Shown: in pieces, positions 1-16,696 of the stretch | How positions within the stretch are numbered: position 1 is the stretch's first letter | Layout of the letters: each line of letters opens with the position of its first letter | From: Macrostomum lignano | Taxonomy: Eukaryota | Reading direction: 5' to 3' | Length of the DNA stretch: 36,246 nucleotides | Assembly (NCBI GenBank): GCA_002269645.1 | Contig: NIVC01004748.1 | Span: 1 to 36,246, forward strand | Position numbers and translations under genes: made by a program | Notes under the pieces: model-generated | Seen by the model: only the letters and a program-made list of their open reading frames with translations | The model's database searches: none | What the model was told of the DNA's origin: nothing

Positions 1-296
1 GACTGGATATTGTTTGTCTCAAAGTTCAACAAGCTCAGAAAAGGTTCACACAAACTGCCAGAGAAATGAAACAGTTCACGAAATTTCTATAGCTCGTAGT
101 TTAAGCGTGCTCAACAATGATGCAGTCAAAGTTGGCGCTGAAAATGAAGCTTTTCTTTCGGGAAAAATCAGGGAAATTCGGAATACGTCAGTTGCTTTTG
201 TTTGTTTAACTGTTAAATGCAAAACGAATTTTTGCCCCAAAAACCATTCCTGGAAATCTATTTCTAAGAAAGCCGATTGCCAGTGCGTGATTCAAA

Positions 297-3978
<3,682 letters not shown>

Positions 3979-6845
3979 TTCAAGTCAGCTGTGCGCGCGA
4001 ATTTGAATTACAAGCTCTGCTGGATCCGAATTCTGTTGCTATAGTCTATAATTCATATCGACGGCAGCTTTAACAATTAAAAAATACGGAATTAGTCTGT
4101 GCGAGATTCTGACTTATTTGGATCCTTGTCAAAGCTCCGTATTATAACAATTTTTTTAATGTACGAGTTGAATGAATCAGTGCGTACATTACCTTTTCAA
4201 AAATTCCAAACAAGGCACGATACACACGCAGCTCGTACTTGAAGCACATTGAAGCGCATTTATTGTAAACTGGAAGATGCTCAGTGTGAGTGTGACTGCT
4301 CATATTCATAGAGTTGCCCGTCCATCTCGTCTCTTCAATGTGGAACTCTCTATTCTCTCTTTTATTTTTTTCTCCTTTCACAGCTTTTTTAGCCATAAGT
4401 GAGGCATGAGAAATTAAAATGAGAAAATAAATTTTGTATGTCTACAGTTGCGAATAATAGCTATTGCAAAGTATTACGCATTATTGTGCAATCCACTTAT
4501 TTTTTAGTCTATAAGTCATTCAACTATACCTTTGTTAATTTTTCATCTGTAACAGCTTAATGCCACATGAATTTATACATGTACTCTCGTAAACTTCGAG
4601 TTACTTTTGAGAAAGTCACGGCCACTAGCTGGGCTATCGTTGTAAACTAAATTCAATTAAAAAGTGCCATCGTTTAAAACAGTTGCAGCAGTAAAATCAA
4701 ATCACATTGTAACCTTATGCTATAGTGTAGAACCGTGTCTTTGTAATAATGAATCCAATAGTTGAACGGCTGCAAAACCGATCCATCACATAAATAAAAC
4801 AGAAGGACTGCGTGTATGTGTACATGTTAACATGTACATGTAAACGTGAATTCGCCCACTGGAAAAGACGTGCATGTATAGTTGCTTGGGTCCTTTCATG
4901 TTGCATGGTATTACAACGGTATTAATGGGTTTTATAAATATGTACGAACTCGACTGAAAAAAAAGTTGGTATAGACAGAGCACTGCAATTTTCCAATGAG
5001 TTTTTTGGAAGACACGACAAAAAAAACGTAGGCAAAAGGCTTCGAACTTAAAAAAGTCAGAACCGAATTCCAAAATGTTTAAGAACGGGCCATTATTTTG
5101 CGAAACACTGAAGGTTAAAAGCACTGAAAAGCCTTTCGGTCTGTTATTCTATTTAAGGCATTTCCGATGATTGGCAAAGTGGATTGGCTTGCTACGAATA
5201 ATCGCAGGTACAAAAATTATAGGGGACGACTTCGAACGGTAATTTTCATTTTTGCAATATTTTTAAGCAATAAAACAAATTTGCTAAGCTTAATTTTAAT
5301 TCCGACAGCAAATCATGAAACTCCGCAGTGATTATTAATGTTTTGATAACAAAAAATTAGTTTGTTTTGAAAAAAGTTCTTAAAATTTACGGCGTTGTCA
5401 CTCTTTGCAATAATTTACTTTCTGAATAATGTAACGATTTTTACAAGCTAAGTTCATTAATCATTAATAATGTTATCTCTCTTTATTAAACTGTCTATGA
5501 AAATCGATGACAAAGAAAATTGCTTGTTAATCAAGTTGTCTCAAAAGGTGTCAAAACTCTGAAAGCCATTAGCTTTTTGTACAATGACTTACATACTTTT
5601 TAAACGTTTCTCTAGAATCTTGAAGACACCGAGAAACGTTTTATTTTATTAAAAAAGTTTATAATATAATATAGTCAATAATTAAAGACTAAATCGCACT
5701 GATTGACTGATATGTTCTCCGTTAATTTTGTGTCATACTTTGTTCCAATTAGAAAAGGTAGGCATAGGCCTAAATAAAAATGCAACTAAGCCTTCATTTC
5801 TTTTTCATGCAAACAATGTATAATTGAAATATTGATTTTCAATAGGGTACTGTATCAATTTAAATCAAAATGTAATTACGGGTGCCCCTCACATTTATTA
5901 ATATTTAAGGTAATAAGAAATATATATATAGATACAAAGCATCAAAGATCAAACCATTGTATCCATATGCATATCTAGGGTTTATATTTTATGGTAATTT
6001 GTATGAGCTAGTAGCATTATACTAAGTCAAAAATAATATAAATTTACTTAGTCACTTTTCTACTATTACTGTAGTGTATTATATTGTGTAGAGTCTATAA
6101 AAATTTAAGATTTATTGAAAATTATACAATTATATAAGCATAATTTTAACAAGCTAATATTAAAGTGGTCCAAAGTTTTATACAAATATATTTTATTATA
6201 TATTTCATATGGTGTTATTTATTGGTTTTATTTAAAGTTTAAATTTCAAAATGCTTATATACTTTTCTAAATACTGTTTATAAACAGACTTTTAGCTTAA
6301 TAATATTATATTATAAAGTCAAAAACATATTATTTTATATAAAAGCACAAATTGTCCTTAATAGAATATTTCAGAGATTTTTTAGACAGACATCTAGAAA
6401 AAGTCAGAGCACCTCTAGTGGTAAAATAGTTGTTGATAAAACATCCAGTTATTGTCTACCTAGTCATCTGCTTTATCTGGGAGCCTAATGTCTAAGATAA
6501 AGTGAAGGCCAATTAATAAAATATATATATTCTTTTTTCTTAACTTTTCTACTAGTAATTATTATCAATGAGTAATACAATTTTGAGCATTTGACATCCA
6601 AAATGTAGGTCAGAACTCCCTCATGGCCATTCTAAGAATTAACAATTTTGAGGCAAGTTTCAGAGTTCATTCAAGCATTTTGAATAACTTATTGTAGGTA
6701 AAATCTAAATTCTTAAGCTATTGTAAATAATTATTTTAAAGCACTTTTTGTTTTGCCATGGAGCCATAAAAGCAGATTTCTCTGTAATGTTTCCCCACAG
6801 TAAGGAAGCAGGACTCCCTGAGTCTAATCAGCAGCAGCAGCAGCC

Positions 6846-9800
6846 ATGGTTATCACTGGCTCTGAGATCAAGGCTGGCAGCCTCACATTTCTGTCCAACT
6901 TCGACTCTGGCAATCTCGCCCGGGTGGCCAAGCTCTCCTCCAGAGACGACTCAGATGAGCAGCAGGGCAGTTCGGCCTCATCTGCAGCTGCGCCGCCCCC
7001 GCCGCCGGCGCCAACCTCCCAAGCCGAGGCCAACCGGCCTGACTACGAGTACCAGGTGTGGACTCGCAAAGACGCCGAGGGCTTCCAGTTTGAGAACGAG
7101 AATCGCACCTGGTTTCACTTCGGCGTGCGCGGCTACCAGCCAAACAAGCTCATCAAGCTCACCGTGATGAACCTCAACCGGCAGCAGCGCCTCTTCCAGC
7201 AGGGCCACCAGCCGGTGTTTCGTGTCGGCTTCCCTGACGGCAGCTTCGCCAAGTGGCAGCGTGTCCGCGACCGCTGCTCCTGCGAGACAGTCGACGGCCA
7301 GTTCTACCTGACCTTCACGCACCGGTTCGGCGCCAACGCCAAGGGCTGCACAACTTACTTCGCGTTCTGCTATCCCTGGTCCTACACAGAGTCGCAGGAG
7401 CAGCTGTCCGCGCTGGACTATCGGTTGGTTTAGCAATGATTGCCGCCTTCCAAAGTGGGCTTTCCTTGGGCTACCCTGAGGGGGGGGGCGTAGTCCAGTG
7501 GTCTAGCGCAGCTCAATTCCGAGTGCAGTCACAGTAATTTGAGGCTAAATTGGAATCTCGGCTTGGCTCTGCTCGTGCAATTAACGCCATTGAGGGCCAA
7601 CCCCCAAGGCACAGTGAAGTGTACATGCCTAATGATAAATAAAGTTAGGGCCACTGTACACTCCTGTGTGAGTGTGTGCCTGCGCGTATGACTGCGTACG
7701 TATCCGCGCGCTTGTGTGCCTGCTCAGGGGAGTCGGCGGAATGGGGGCAGCAATGCCTCTCACCGGTTGTGCGACAATGTCGCTTAAAGTGCGCCAGGGT
7801 ACCTCTAATAAAAGAATGAGCTACTCTAGTAGCAAAATTATTGAATTTTTAGCCGATGGCCCAATTTCGAAGACCCCTGGGTTCGATTCCGTGAGTGCGG
7901 CCGTATTAATTTGGGGATGGTGTACGAAAACTTAACACCATAAAAAGCAGCCACGAGGGCCAACCCCAAAGGCACAGAGAGTGTACATGCCTGACGATTA
8001 GTATTGGCGCCTTTAAATAAGAATGTCGTCATGTTGACTATTTCCGAATTAATTTTTTTAGCCTTAATAAGTTCACGCTTGAAAACGTTCAATCTTACAA
8101 AAGTGCATCGAATACATCGCACATATCTTGCTCCCGCTAACTTATCTCGTTCTCAGCTTCCGCCACTGCGCCGCGATGAGGCCGGGCAAGGCTGGACCAG
8201 ACGAGATCTATTACCATAGGGAGCTGCTGTGCCACAGTCTGGACAGGCAGAGGGTGGACCTGCTCACCATCACCGACTGCCACGGCATGACTGACCAGGT
8301 CTGGCTTGCCTGTCTGGCAACTGCTTTTTGATCTCTGCATCCACTAACCATCTCTGCCTGCAGTCCCGATCCTTTAGTCCCGATCCTTCAGTCCCGATCC
8401 TTCAGTCCCGATCCTTCAGTCCCGATCCTGCGGTCCCGATCCTGCAGTCCCGATCCTGCAGTCCCGATCCTGCAGTCCCGATCCTGCAGTCCCGATCCTG
8501 CAGTCCCGATCCTGCAGTCCCGATCCTGCAGTCCCGATCCTGCAGTCCCGATCATTCAGTCCCGATCCTGCAGTCCCGATCCTTCAGTCCCGATCCTTCA
8601 GTCCCGATCCTGCAGTCCCGATCATTCAGTCCCGATCCTGCAGTCCCGATCCTGCAGTCCCGATCCTTCAGTCCCGATCCTTCAGTCCCGATCCTGCGGT
8701 CCCGATCCTGCAGTCCCGATCATTCAGTCCCGATCCTTCAGTCCCGATTCTTCAGTCCCGATCCTTCAGTCCCGATCCTGCAGTCCCGATCATTCAGTCC
8801 GGATCCTTCAGTCCCGATCCTTCAGTCCCGATCCTTCAGTCCCGATCCTGCAGTCCCAATCCTTCAGTCCCGATCCTTCAGTCCCGATCCTTCAGTCCCA
8901 ATCCTTCAGTCCCGATCCTTCAGTCCCGATTCTTCAGTCCCGATTCTGACGTCCCGATTCTGCAGTCCCGATCCTGCAGTCCCGATCCTTCAGTCCCGAT
9001 CCTTCAGTCCCGATCCTTCAGTCCCGATCCTGCAGTCCCGATCATTCAGTCCGGATCCTTCAGTCCCGATCCTTCAGTCCCGATCCTGCAGTCCCGATCC
9101 TGCAGTCCCGATCCTGCAGTCCCGATCCTGCAGTCCCGATCATTCAGTCCGGATCCTTCAGTCCCGATCCTTCAGTCCCGATCCTGCAGTCCCGATCCTT
9201 CAGTCCCGATCCTTCAGTCCCGATCCTGCAGTCCCGATCCTGCAGTCCCGATCCTGCAGTCCCGATCCTGCAGTCCCGATCCTGCAGTCCCGATCCTTCA
9301 GTCCCGATCCTTCAGTCCCGATCCTGCAGTCCCGATCATTCAGTCCGGATCCTTCAGTCCCGATCCTGCAGTCCCGATCCTGCAGTCCCGATCCTTCAGT
9401 CCCGATCCTTCAGTCCCGATCCTGCAGTCCCGATCATTCAGTCCGGATCCTTCAGTCCCGATCCTTCAGTCCCGATCCTGCAGTCCCGATCCTGCAGTCC
9501 CGATCCTTCAGTCCCAATCCTTCAGTCCCGATCCTTCAGTCCCGATCCTTCAGTCCCAATCCTTCAGTCCCGATCCTTCAGTCCCGATTCTTCAGTCCCG
9601 ATTCTTCAGACGACGTCCCGATTCTGCAGTCCCGATCCTGCAGTCCCGATCCTTCAGTCCCAATCCTTCAGTCCCGATCCTTCAGTCCCGATTCTTCAGT
9701 CCCGATTCTGACGTCCCGATTCTGCAGTCCCGATCCTGCAGTCCCGATCCTTCAGTCCCAATCCTTCAGTCCCGATCCTTCAGTCCCGATTCTGCAGTCC

Positions 9801-12800
9801 CGATCCTGCAGTCCCGATTCTTTTCTGATCCCAACGCCGCCTCTGACCGTTCGCAATCCACTCCGTTACCGCCTTCGCCGCAGGAGGAGGACCGCTTCGA
9901 CGAACGCCTCTTTCTGGAGCGCAGCAACCCGCGGCCGCGCGCCTTCCCCGGCAAGCGAGTCTTCCTAGTCAGCAGCCGGGTGCACCCCGGCGAGACTCCG
10001 GCCAGCTTCGTGTTCAACGGTTTCCTAGAATTCATCCTTCGCGAAGCCGACGCCCGAGCCCGCCAGCTGCGCCGCCTGTTCGTGTTCAAGCTCATCCCCA
10101 TGCTCAACCCGGACGGGGTCACCCGGGGTCACTATCGCACCGACAGCCGTGGTGTCAATCTGAACAGATTCTACCTGGACCCCGACCCGCAGCTCTACCC
10201 CACAATCTACGCTGTCAAGAGCGTGCTGGTTTATCACCATCGGGCCAATCGGAAACAGGCTGCGCCTGCTAGGACCTCGGCCGCCTCCGCAGCCTCCGTA
10301 CCCGTCCCGGACAGAACGGCGGCCGAGAATTCCTGTGCAAAATCGGCATCGGCCGAGTCGGCGCCAGAATTAGTTTCCGGCGACACGGAGGACGCTGAGA
10401 GAAACATTCGAGTGAGGTCACTTGGTTGGGATTAGTCTGATGTACTTTTACTGTATACGGGTTGGCATTTCAAAGGCGCGGAGATAAATAATCGTGCGCT
10501 TACTGAATAGGCCGCGCTAATTAAGCGCCTACCGAACAACCGTTTACTGGCTAATAGAGCTCGGAATGAAGTCGCTCATATGTACGGCATGCCTAAACCA
10601 CATCATACCTGCATGCATTTGAGCACATCTAATTTTTTGCCTCTCGCAACAACAAAAAGTAAACCAAGGATCCAACTGAAATCCCACAGTCTCGCAATCG
10701 AGTCATGTCCCTAGTATTCGACGAGACCAAAGGCGAGAACGTCCTGCTACGCGAGGGCTCGCCTCAGATGGCCGCTGCCGATTCACCGATACGCAAGTCG
10801 CCGCTTCCCATAAAAAAACAGTCTGATTTCCGGCCGGGAAACGAGGGTTCCGATTCCGATGGAGATGACCCAGTGAGTGTTCGAGAATCCGTTTTATGAG
10901 TATAGGGTAAGAGACAATGAAGTGATAGGCTATAGACAATGGGTTGGTGACAGACAATAGGTAATGTGGTGGTGACAGGCCATAGACAATGGAGTGGCAG
11001 GGCATAGAAAATGTGGTGGGGACAGGCCATAGACAATCGGGTGGTGACAGGCCATAGACAATCGGGTGGTGACAGGCCATAGACAATCGGGTGGGGACAG
11101 GCTATAGACAATGTGGTGGTGACAGGCCATAGACAATGGGATGGGGACAGGCCATAGACTGTTGTGCGACAGGCAATGGACACTAGGGTGGTTGGTGACA
11201 GGCAATGGACACTAGGGGTGGTGGTGACAGGCAATGGACACTAGGGGTGGTTGGTGACAGGCAATGGACACTAGGGGTGGTGACAGGCAATGGACACTAG
11301 ACAGGCAATGGACACTAGGGGTGGTGACAGGCAATGGACACTAGACAGGCAATGGACACTAGGGGTGGTGGACACTAGGTGACAGGCAATGGACACTAGG
11401 GGTGGTGACAGGCAATGGACACTAGGGGTGGTGACAGGCAATGGACACTAGGGGTGGTGACAGGCAATGGACACTAGGGGTGGTGACAGGCAATGGACAC
11501 TAGGGGTGGTGACAGGCAGGCAATGGACACTAGGGGTGGTGACAGGCAATGGACACTAGGGGTGGTGACAGGCAATGGACACTAGGGGTGATGACAGGCA
11601 ATGGACACTAGGGTGGTGACAGGCTATAGACAATGGGGTCGCAGGCCATAGACAATGTAGGGATGACAGGCCATAGACAATGCAGTTATAGACTATGTTT
11701 AATATGGTCTGAAGCCATAGGCTAAACAAACCACTGTGGCAGCAGCCCTAGCTCAGCTCCGTGCGTGCATCCTTCTCAGGTTCCCGGCGGTCCGGGCTCC
11801 TTTGACCCCGGCAACCCGACCTGTCCGCACCTGTGCGATCCGCGCCTGCTCGAGGTTCCTCCATCGGACAGCGGCATCGCCTACTATATTGACCTGCACG
11901 GCCACTGCTCAAAGCGCGGCTGCTTTGTCTATGGCAACAACGTCGAGCCGGACTCAGCAATGATGGAGAACTTGTTATACCCGCGCCTCATCGCTGCCAA
12001 TTCTGCCTATTTCGAATATTCAGCCTGCAACTTCACCGTGCGCAACATGTACCTGCGGGACAAGCGGGACGGACTGTCAAAAGCTGGCGCTGGCCGGGTG
12101 GCCATTTGGAAGCACCTGGGCCTGGTGCACAGCTACACGCTGGAGTGCAACTACAATAGCGGCAGATGCGTCAATCACCTGCCTATGCATCAGGTGAGGC
12201 ACTGCGATCCCCCCCCCCTGATTTCTGCTCTCTGCTTATTTGTTAGTGGGTTCGCAGGGGGCTGTGGGCACTGTTGCAAATAAAGGCGACGATTGACCCA
12301 CCGCCATTGAAGAGGCAAGCAGTCATACAGAGTGCCCATGCCCCTCTGCTTACTGAATCTGTATATATCAGGGTTCGGGAAACTTCGGCCCGCGAAGCCT
12401 CTTTATCGTCTCGCCTCTCTCTCCTCTCTATCCTTCCCTCCCTCTCTCTCCTCTCCCTTCTCTCATCTCTCCTCTCTCTCCTTTCCTCCCTCTCTCTCCT
12501 CTCCCTTCTCTCATCTCTCCTCTCTCTCCTTTCCTCCCTCTCTCCTCTCTCTCCTTTCCTCCCTCTCTCCTCTCTCTCCTTTCCTCCCTCTCTCCTCTCC
12601 TCTCTCCTTTCCTCCCTCTCTCCTCTCCTCTCTCCTTTCCTCCCTCTCTCCTCTCTCTCCTTTCCTCCCTCTCTCCTCTCCTCTCTCCATTCCTCCCTCT
12701 CTCTCCTCTCTCGCTTCTCTCTCATCTCTCTCCCTTCTTTCCTCTCTTGTCTCTCTCCTCTCTATCCTGTCTCTTCCGTCTCTCCATTCTCTCTCCTCTC

Positions 12801-14071
12801 TTTTCTCTCTCTTCTCTCTTTTCTCTCTCTCTCTCTCTTCTCTTTTCTCCTCTCTTTTCTCTACTCTCCCTTCTCTCCCTTCTCTCTTCTCTCTTCCCTC
12901 CCATCGCTTGTCTCTCCTCTCTCTTTTCCAATCTGCTCTCTCTTCTTTCTCCTCTCCTCTCTCCTCACTCATCTGGCCCGCAGCCCCACAAGCTGGATTC
13001 TTTATATGACTTTTGAGATAAGAAAGTTCGCGGACCTCAGGTACATATGAATCTGCCACCAGAGTGTACATATTCCCTTGACATGAATTGTGCATGCAGT
13101 TGATAAAACCGCAACAAATCGAATCTTTCCAGGATCCCCGACTGACGCCGCCGCCTCCGCCCGGCCCGCCGCCGAAGTACGCGCCGGCTCACTACCAGGA
13201 GGTCGGCCGGGCGATGGCGGTGGCCGCGCTGGACCACGTGCAGTCGAATCCTGTTAGCCGGCTCAGCAAATCCAGTTTAGCCGCCCTGCGCGACTGGACC
13301 CGGCGCTACCTGGCCTCGCTGCGCGGCGGGCCTCGCGCTGTGAAGACTTTTCTAGCCAGCTCGGCTGGCAGCATTGGGCCCAGCCTCCGACAGCAGCAGC
13401 AGCAGCACTTTCGGAGCCGCTCTCAGCAGCAGCAGCAGCAGCAGCAGCAGACGACACCTTCGACATCGTCGTCGGCAACGTCTTCTACAACTGCCGCTGG
13501 CGCGGTGCGTCGAGCTCCGCTGCGTCGTGCGGCGCCTCCACCGCCGACTAACCAGCAGCAGCGGCGCTCAACAACGAATAAAGCCACGGCGGCGGCCGCG
13601 GCAGCGGCGGCACCTCCCCCTCCCTCCCAGGCTGCTCAGCCGCAACAGCAGCCAACTCCAGCTCAGACTCAGCAGCAGCAACAGCAGCCGGTACTGCCAG
13701 GCAGTCTGGAGCAGCAGCAGCAGCCATCGCTGTTCTCACCACGCCAGCAGGCCCTGCTGTCCTCCGTGCCGCCATTGCGCAACCGGCCTTCAGTTGGAGT
13801 TGGCAGCTCGGCCAGTGTGCTGTTGGTCACGGCGGCGGATCTGGAGGAGTCCAAGGTTGCCCAGCTGAGGAGCTGCCTGCAGGCCGAGTCAGTGCCAGTC
13901 CGGCGCAGTGCCTCCATCGGCTGCCTGAAGCCCAACGGACGCGGCGGTGGCGGCGCTGCCGGTTCATCGTCGTCGACGTCTCTGTCGGGGCCGATCGCGG
14001 CAGTCAGCCGCTTCCAGCTAAGGCGGAAGGCCAGCGTGCCGCTCGCCAGGCCGCCAAACCGGCCGGACTGA
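6846..14071 (+). CDS. AGBL5: Cytosolic carboxypeptidase 5 (tubulin deglutamylase, M14 family), about 927 aa, 6 exons
   Basis: Exons 6846-7423, 8157-8298, 9884-10411, 10690-10872, 11780-12193 and 13133-14071 have GT-AG ends and consistent phase (2784 nt in total). Motifs: [68 protein letters not shown] (zinc H/E), [44 protein letters not shown] (zinc H), [10 protein letters not shown] (catalytic E), [12 protein letters not shown]. The ATG has strong context (GCCATGG) and an in-frame stop upstream. Confidence 0.93.
7480..7795 (+). mobile_element. tRNA-derived SINE (family A), internally deleted head
   Basis: A-box-like TAGTCCAGTGGTCTAG, then a body colinear with 34787-35143 and 2683-2940; lies in AGBL5 intron 1. 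Confidence 0.75.
7872..8011 (+). mobile_element. Partial tRNA-derived SINE (family B)
   Basis: GACCCCTGGGTTCGATTCCGTGAGTGCGGCCG..GTGTACATGCCTGACGATTAGTAT matches the 890-1160 element. Confidence 0.55.
8357..9820. repeat. 14-bp minisatellite CAGTCCCGATCCT(G/T), about 104 copies, AGBL5 intron 2
   Basis: Tandem unit seen directly; it explains the 14-aa periodicity (3 units) of ORF 8328..9968. Confidence 0.97.
10925..11690. repeat. About 26-bp minisatellite GTGACAGGCAATGGACACTAGGGGTG with degenerate flanking variants, AGBL5 intron 4
   Basis: Homogeneous core at about 11165-11625, with diverged GACAGGCCATAGACAAT-type units on both sides. Confidence 0.9.
12410..12970. repeat. CT-rich polypyrimidine low-complexity tract, AGBL5 intron 5
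   Basis: Almost purely C/T on the sense strand, with recurring TCCTCTCTCTCCTTTCCTCCCTC blocks. Confidence 0.92.
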
Positions 14072-14355
14072 CCGGTTGGGGAGGGGGGAGTTGCTGGGCC
14101 AGCAGCTGGCATTGTGGCCTGAAGAGAAGTGCATCGTCTGTTTATCAATAATTGTTTTTGCTGCGATCTGTGATCAGTATCTGTGCCGCTTCATTGCAGA
14201 GGAGTTACGCGTCTTAATTTCGCATTCGAGTTTGCATTGCTGGTTGCAAGTGGCCTGTCTTCAGAGACTAGGAAATCATCGTTTATAAAGTCATTTTTTC
14301 TAATGTGTGATGAAGTTTTGTACAGCTTGCCGCTAGTTGGTTTGTCACTTTAGGC

Positions 14356-14807
14356 CACAGATACAAGAATAACTAGATGGGCCACTATTCAGGCATAAAT
14401 ACTTAGTAAATCAGCTTTCTACTTTCAGTTCAGTAGCAAAGAAGAATACATAAGCTATTTATAAAAAAGCCAGCTGAAACGAATTTGATAAGTTTAGAAG
14501 CCCAAAGCTTGCAGGCGGTAAACAGCTTGCTTTATTGGTTCAGTAATAATGTACATTAGCCAGTCCACTGAAATGTACATGGCAGCTTTAGGCTGGAATT
14601 CCGAGAAAGGCAATAAAAATTGGGGTGGGGCGGGGGGGGGTAGGGTGGGAAGGCGCGGTTGGAGGGCTTAAGCTGTGGGTAAGAGCCAATAAATGAACCC
14701 TGCCTTTAAGAATACATTAAAATGCTTCCGTTTAACTTACTACTGAACTGAAAGTAGCTTGCACGCAAATGTGCTGAGTGGCCCATCTAGTTATTCTAGT
14801 ATCTGTG
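14356..14807. mobile_element. Non-autonomous hAT-type DNA transposon (MITE), 452 bp
   Basis: 8-bp direct repeat CTTTAGGC at 14348-14355 and 14808-14815. Terminal inverted repeats CACAGATAC(A/T)AGAATAACTAGATGGGCCACT, plus a subterminal inverted block CTACTTTCAGTTCAGTAG (14419-14436 / 14740-14757). An 8-bp duplication with CA termini is typical of hAT. Confidence 0.8.
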
Positions 14808-16696
14808 CTTTAGGCTCAGAATTATCATGATATTTTAATTATCAAGTGCACCGTCTGCTCAGATCTCAATTACAGATTTACCTGTAAACTGAAATCCGTC
14901 CATACCTAGCGCGTTTTCATTCCTGCAAACCTATTGATTTTCCTTTAACTCGCCTGCACTTGACTCTTGTTGCACATATCGTTTGGAATTTGGCAACTCA
15001 CCCGTGAGCCTTCCACAAGAACTTGACGCTCTTTTTTGATTTCTCTTTGCACTTTTTTGACACGGTTCGAACCATGTTGGTTTTAGCTTATATAATTGAA
15101 TCGAAATTTTTATCGAGTGGCACCGATTTTCGCTGACAGAGAACCACCAGTCACGTAGAGTTCAATAAAATATTTCAAAATATGTACTCTGCGTTTATCT
15201 CTATTGTTTTTGAACGCACTTTTAAAAAAAGTATACATTTCTACGAGTATATATAGTATTTTGATTTTTTTAAACTCTGTCATTCGACATTTCATTAGCC
15301 AAAGCTACTAATAGTAGAAAAAAATGCGCGTATCGACTGACAATTTCAGTTCAAATTGGCCAGCTACTAATAGTAGATAGAATAATGTCAAAATAAATAA
15401 GAACCGGTAAATTAAGTGAGGTGCTTGCAAAATAGATCCATTCCGTTTATTTCCGAAAAAGAAATTCTTCAATTCGCAAAAAGTATTTGCAAAGAAGAAA
15501 ACATTTTCTGTAGAATTGATAAAAACAATTTAAGAAAACAGCTGGTACAGTTGCTAGGGTTCTCCGCAAAACAGTTGTCGTAAATTTCAAGAATATTAAC
15601 AAATCTTTACGATCTGAAACGGCGCTATCGAATTCCGATTCTGAAATATTAAATTTAAAAAGATAAAAAAATATTCCGATTTCTCGTACAAGGATAAAAA
15701 CGCAATTTATACTACTTGAATTCAGTCAGTAAATAAGTAGTTCACCCGGAGGAAAAACCGGACCAGTCTGGCAAACGCGGCGAATTAACCAATCAGATTT
15801 GAATGCGGAACTGTCACGATTCTCAATTAGAATTTTTACTCAGAAAATAGAGAGTTGCATCAATTGCATAAAAATTGCGTAAGATTGTGCGCCAATTGTA
15901 CTTTTAGTAATCTCTGGAAAAATACCATTTTATTGTGGATAAAAGAATTACGCGAAAAAAGGAAAGTATAAAAGATTTGTGCAGTGGAATACGAGCATAC
16001 AAAAAGCTAGCTAGTGACAGACCATCTAGGAGATGATAAATTAGTCAACTTGTAAACTGTTTTAGTAACTTGTGTTTTTTGACGCATTGTCTAGGCAGAT
16101 TGATTGCTTGCGAATTGCTGTAGGATTTTGCGAAGAGACGCCAGATTTTACCATAGACAAAGGCTGTGAACCAATGAAAACGCAGTTAGATTTGCCATAT
16201 TTATCCAGCAAAACTCTAAGCATGACACTTTGATCCGATTCTTTGGAATGCGAACTTACGAGTTGAGCTCGGACCCAGGGGACAGCTCAGACCAGATCGC
16301 TGCGCCGCTCGCCCCGAGCTCGCTGCGGCGGCGCCTGCTGCTGCTCTCTTGTCGCAGATGCGGCGGCTGCGGCTGAGGTGTTGAAGCTTCCGGTGACCCG
16401 TCGTACACGTAAACAGAGCCGCCGTCACCTTCGGCAGATCTCTGCCGCTCCTGCTCGTTGTCGTCCTCCTGGTTCCAGTTGAATGACACCTTCTTGACGG
16501 CGCCGATTGTCTTCTTGGTGAACGCGGCCGCGGCGGCGTTGGCGGCGGCGGTGTCGGAGTTGGCGGTGCCGGACCGCTGGTAGCCGGGCAGCTGGGCGGG
16601 TCCAGGGCCAGCTCCGCCTGCTGCTGCCGCGTCGCCGCTCCGGCGGGCTGGCCTGGGCCCCGCTGGACTGGAAGCTCTCCGAGCTGTCCTGCGAGC

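Noticed and set aside
4700-6750. Defined bidirectional promoter or genes in the AT-rich spacer between the divergent PDP-like and AGBL5 genes
   Set aside because: Plausible by position, but no specific element or credible ORF can be supported from sequence alone.
8328-9968. 546-aa Ser/Pro repeat ORF
   Set aside because: Read-through of a 14-bp minisatellite inside AGBL5 intron 2; the flanking exons splice in phase without it.
12243-13095. Arg/Glu-rich and Leu/Ser-rich ORFs
   Set aside because: Artefacts of the CT/GA low-complexity tract in intron 5.
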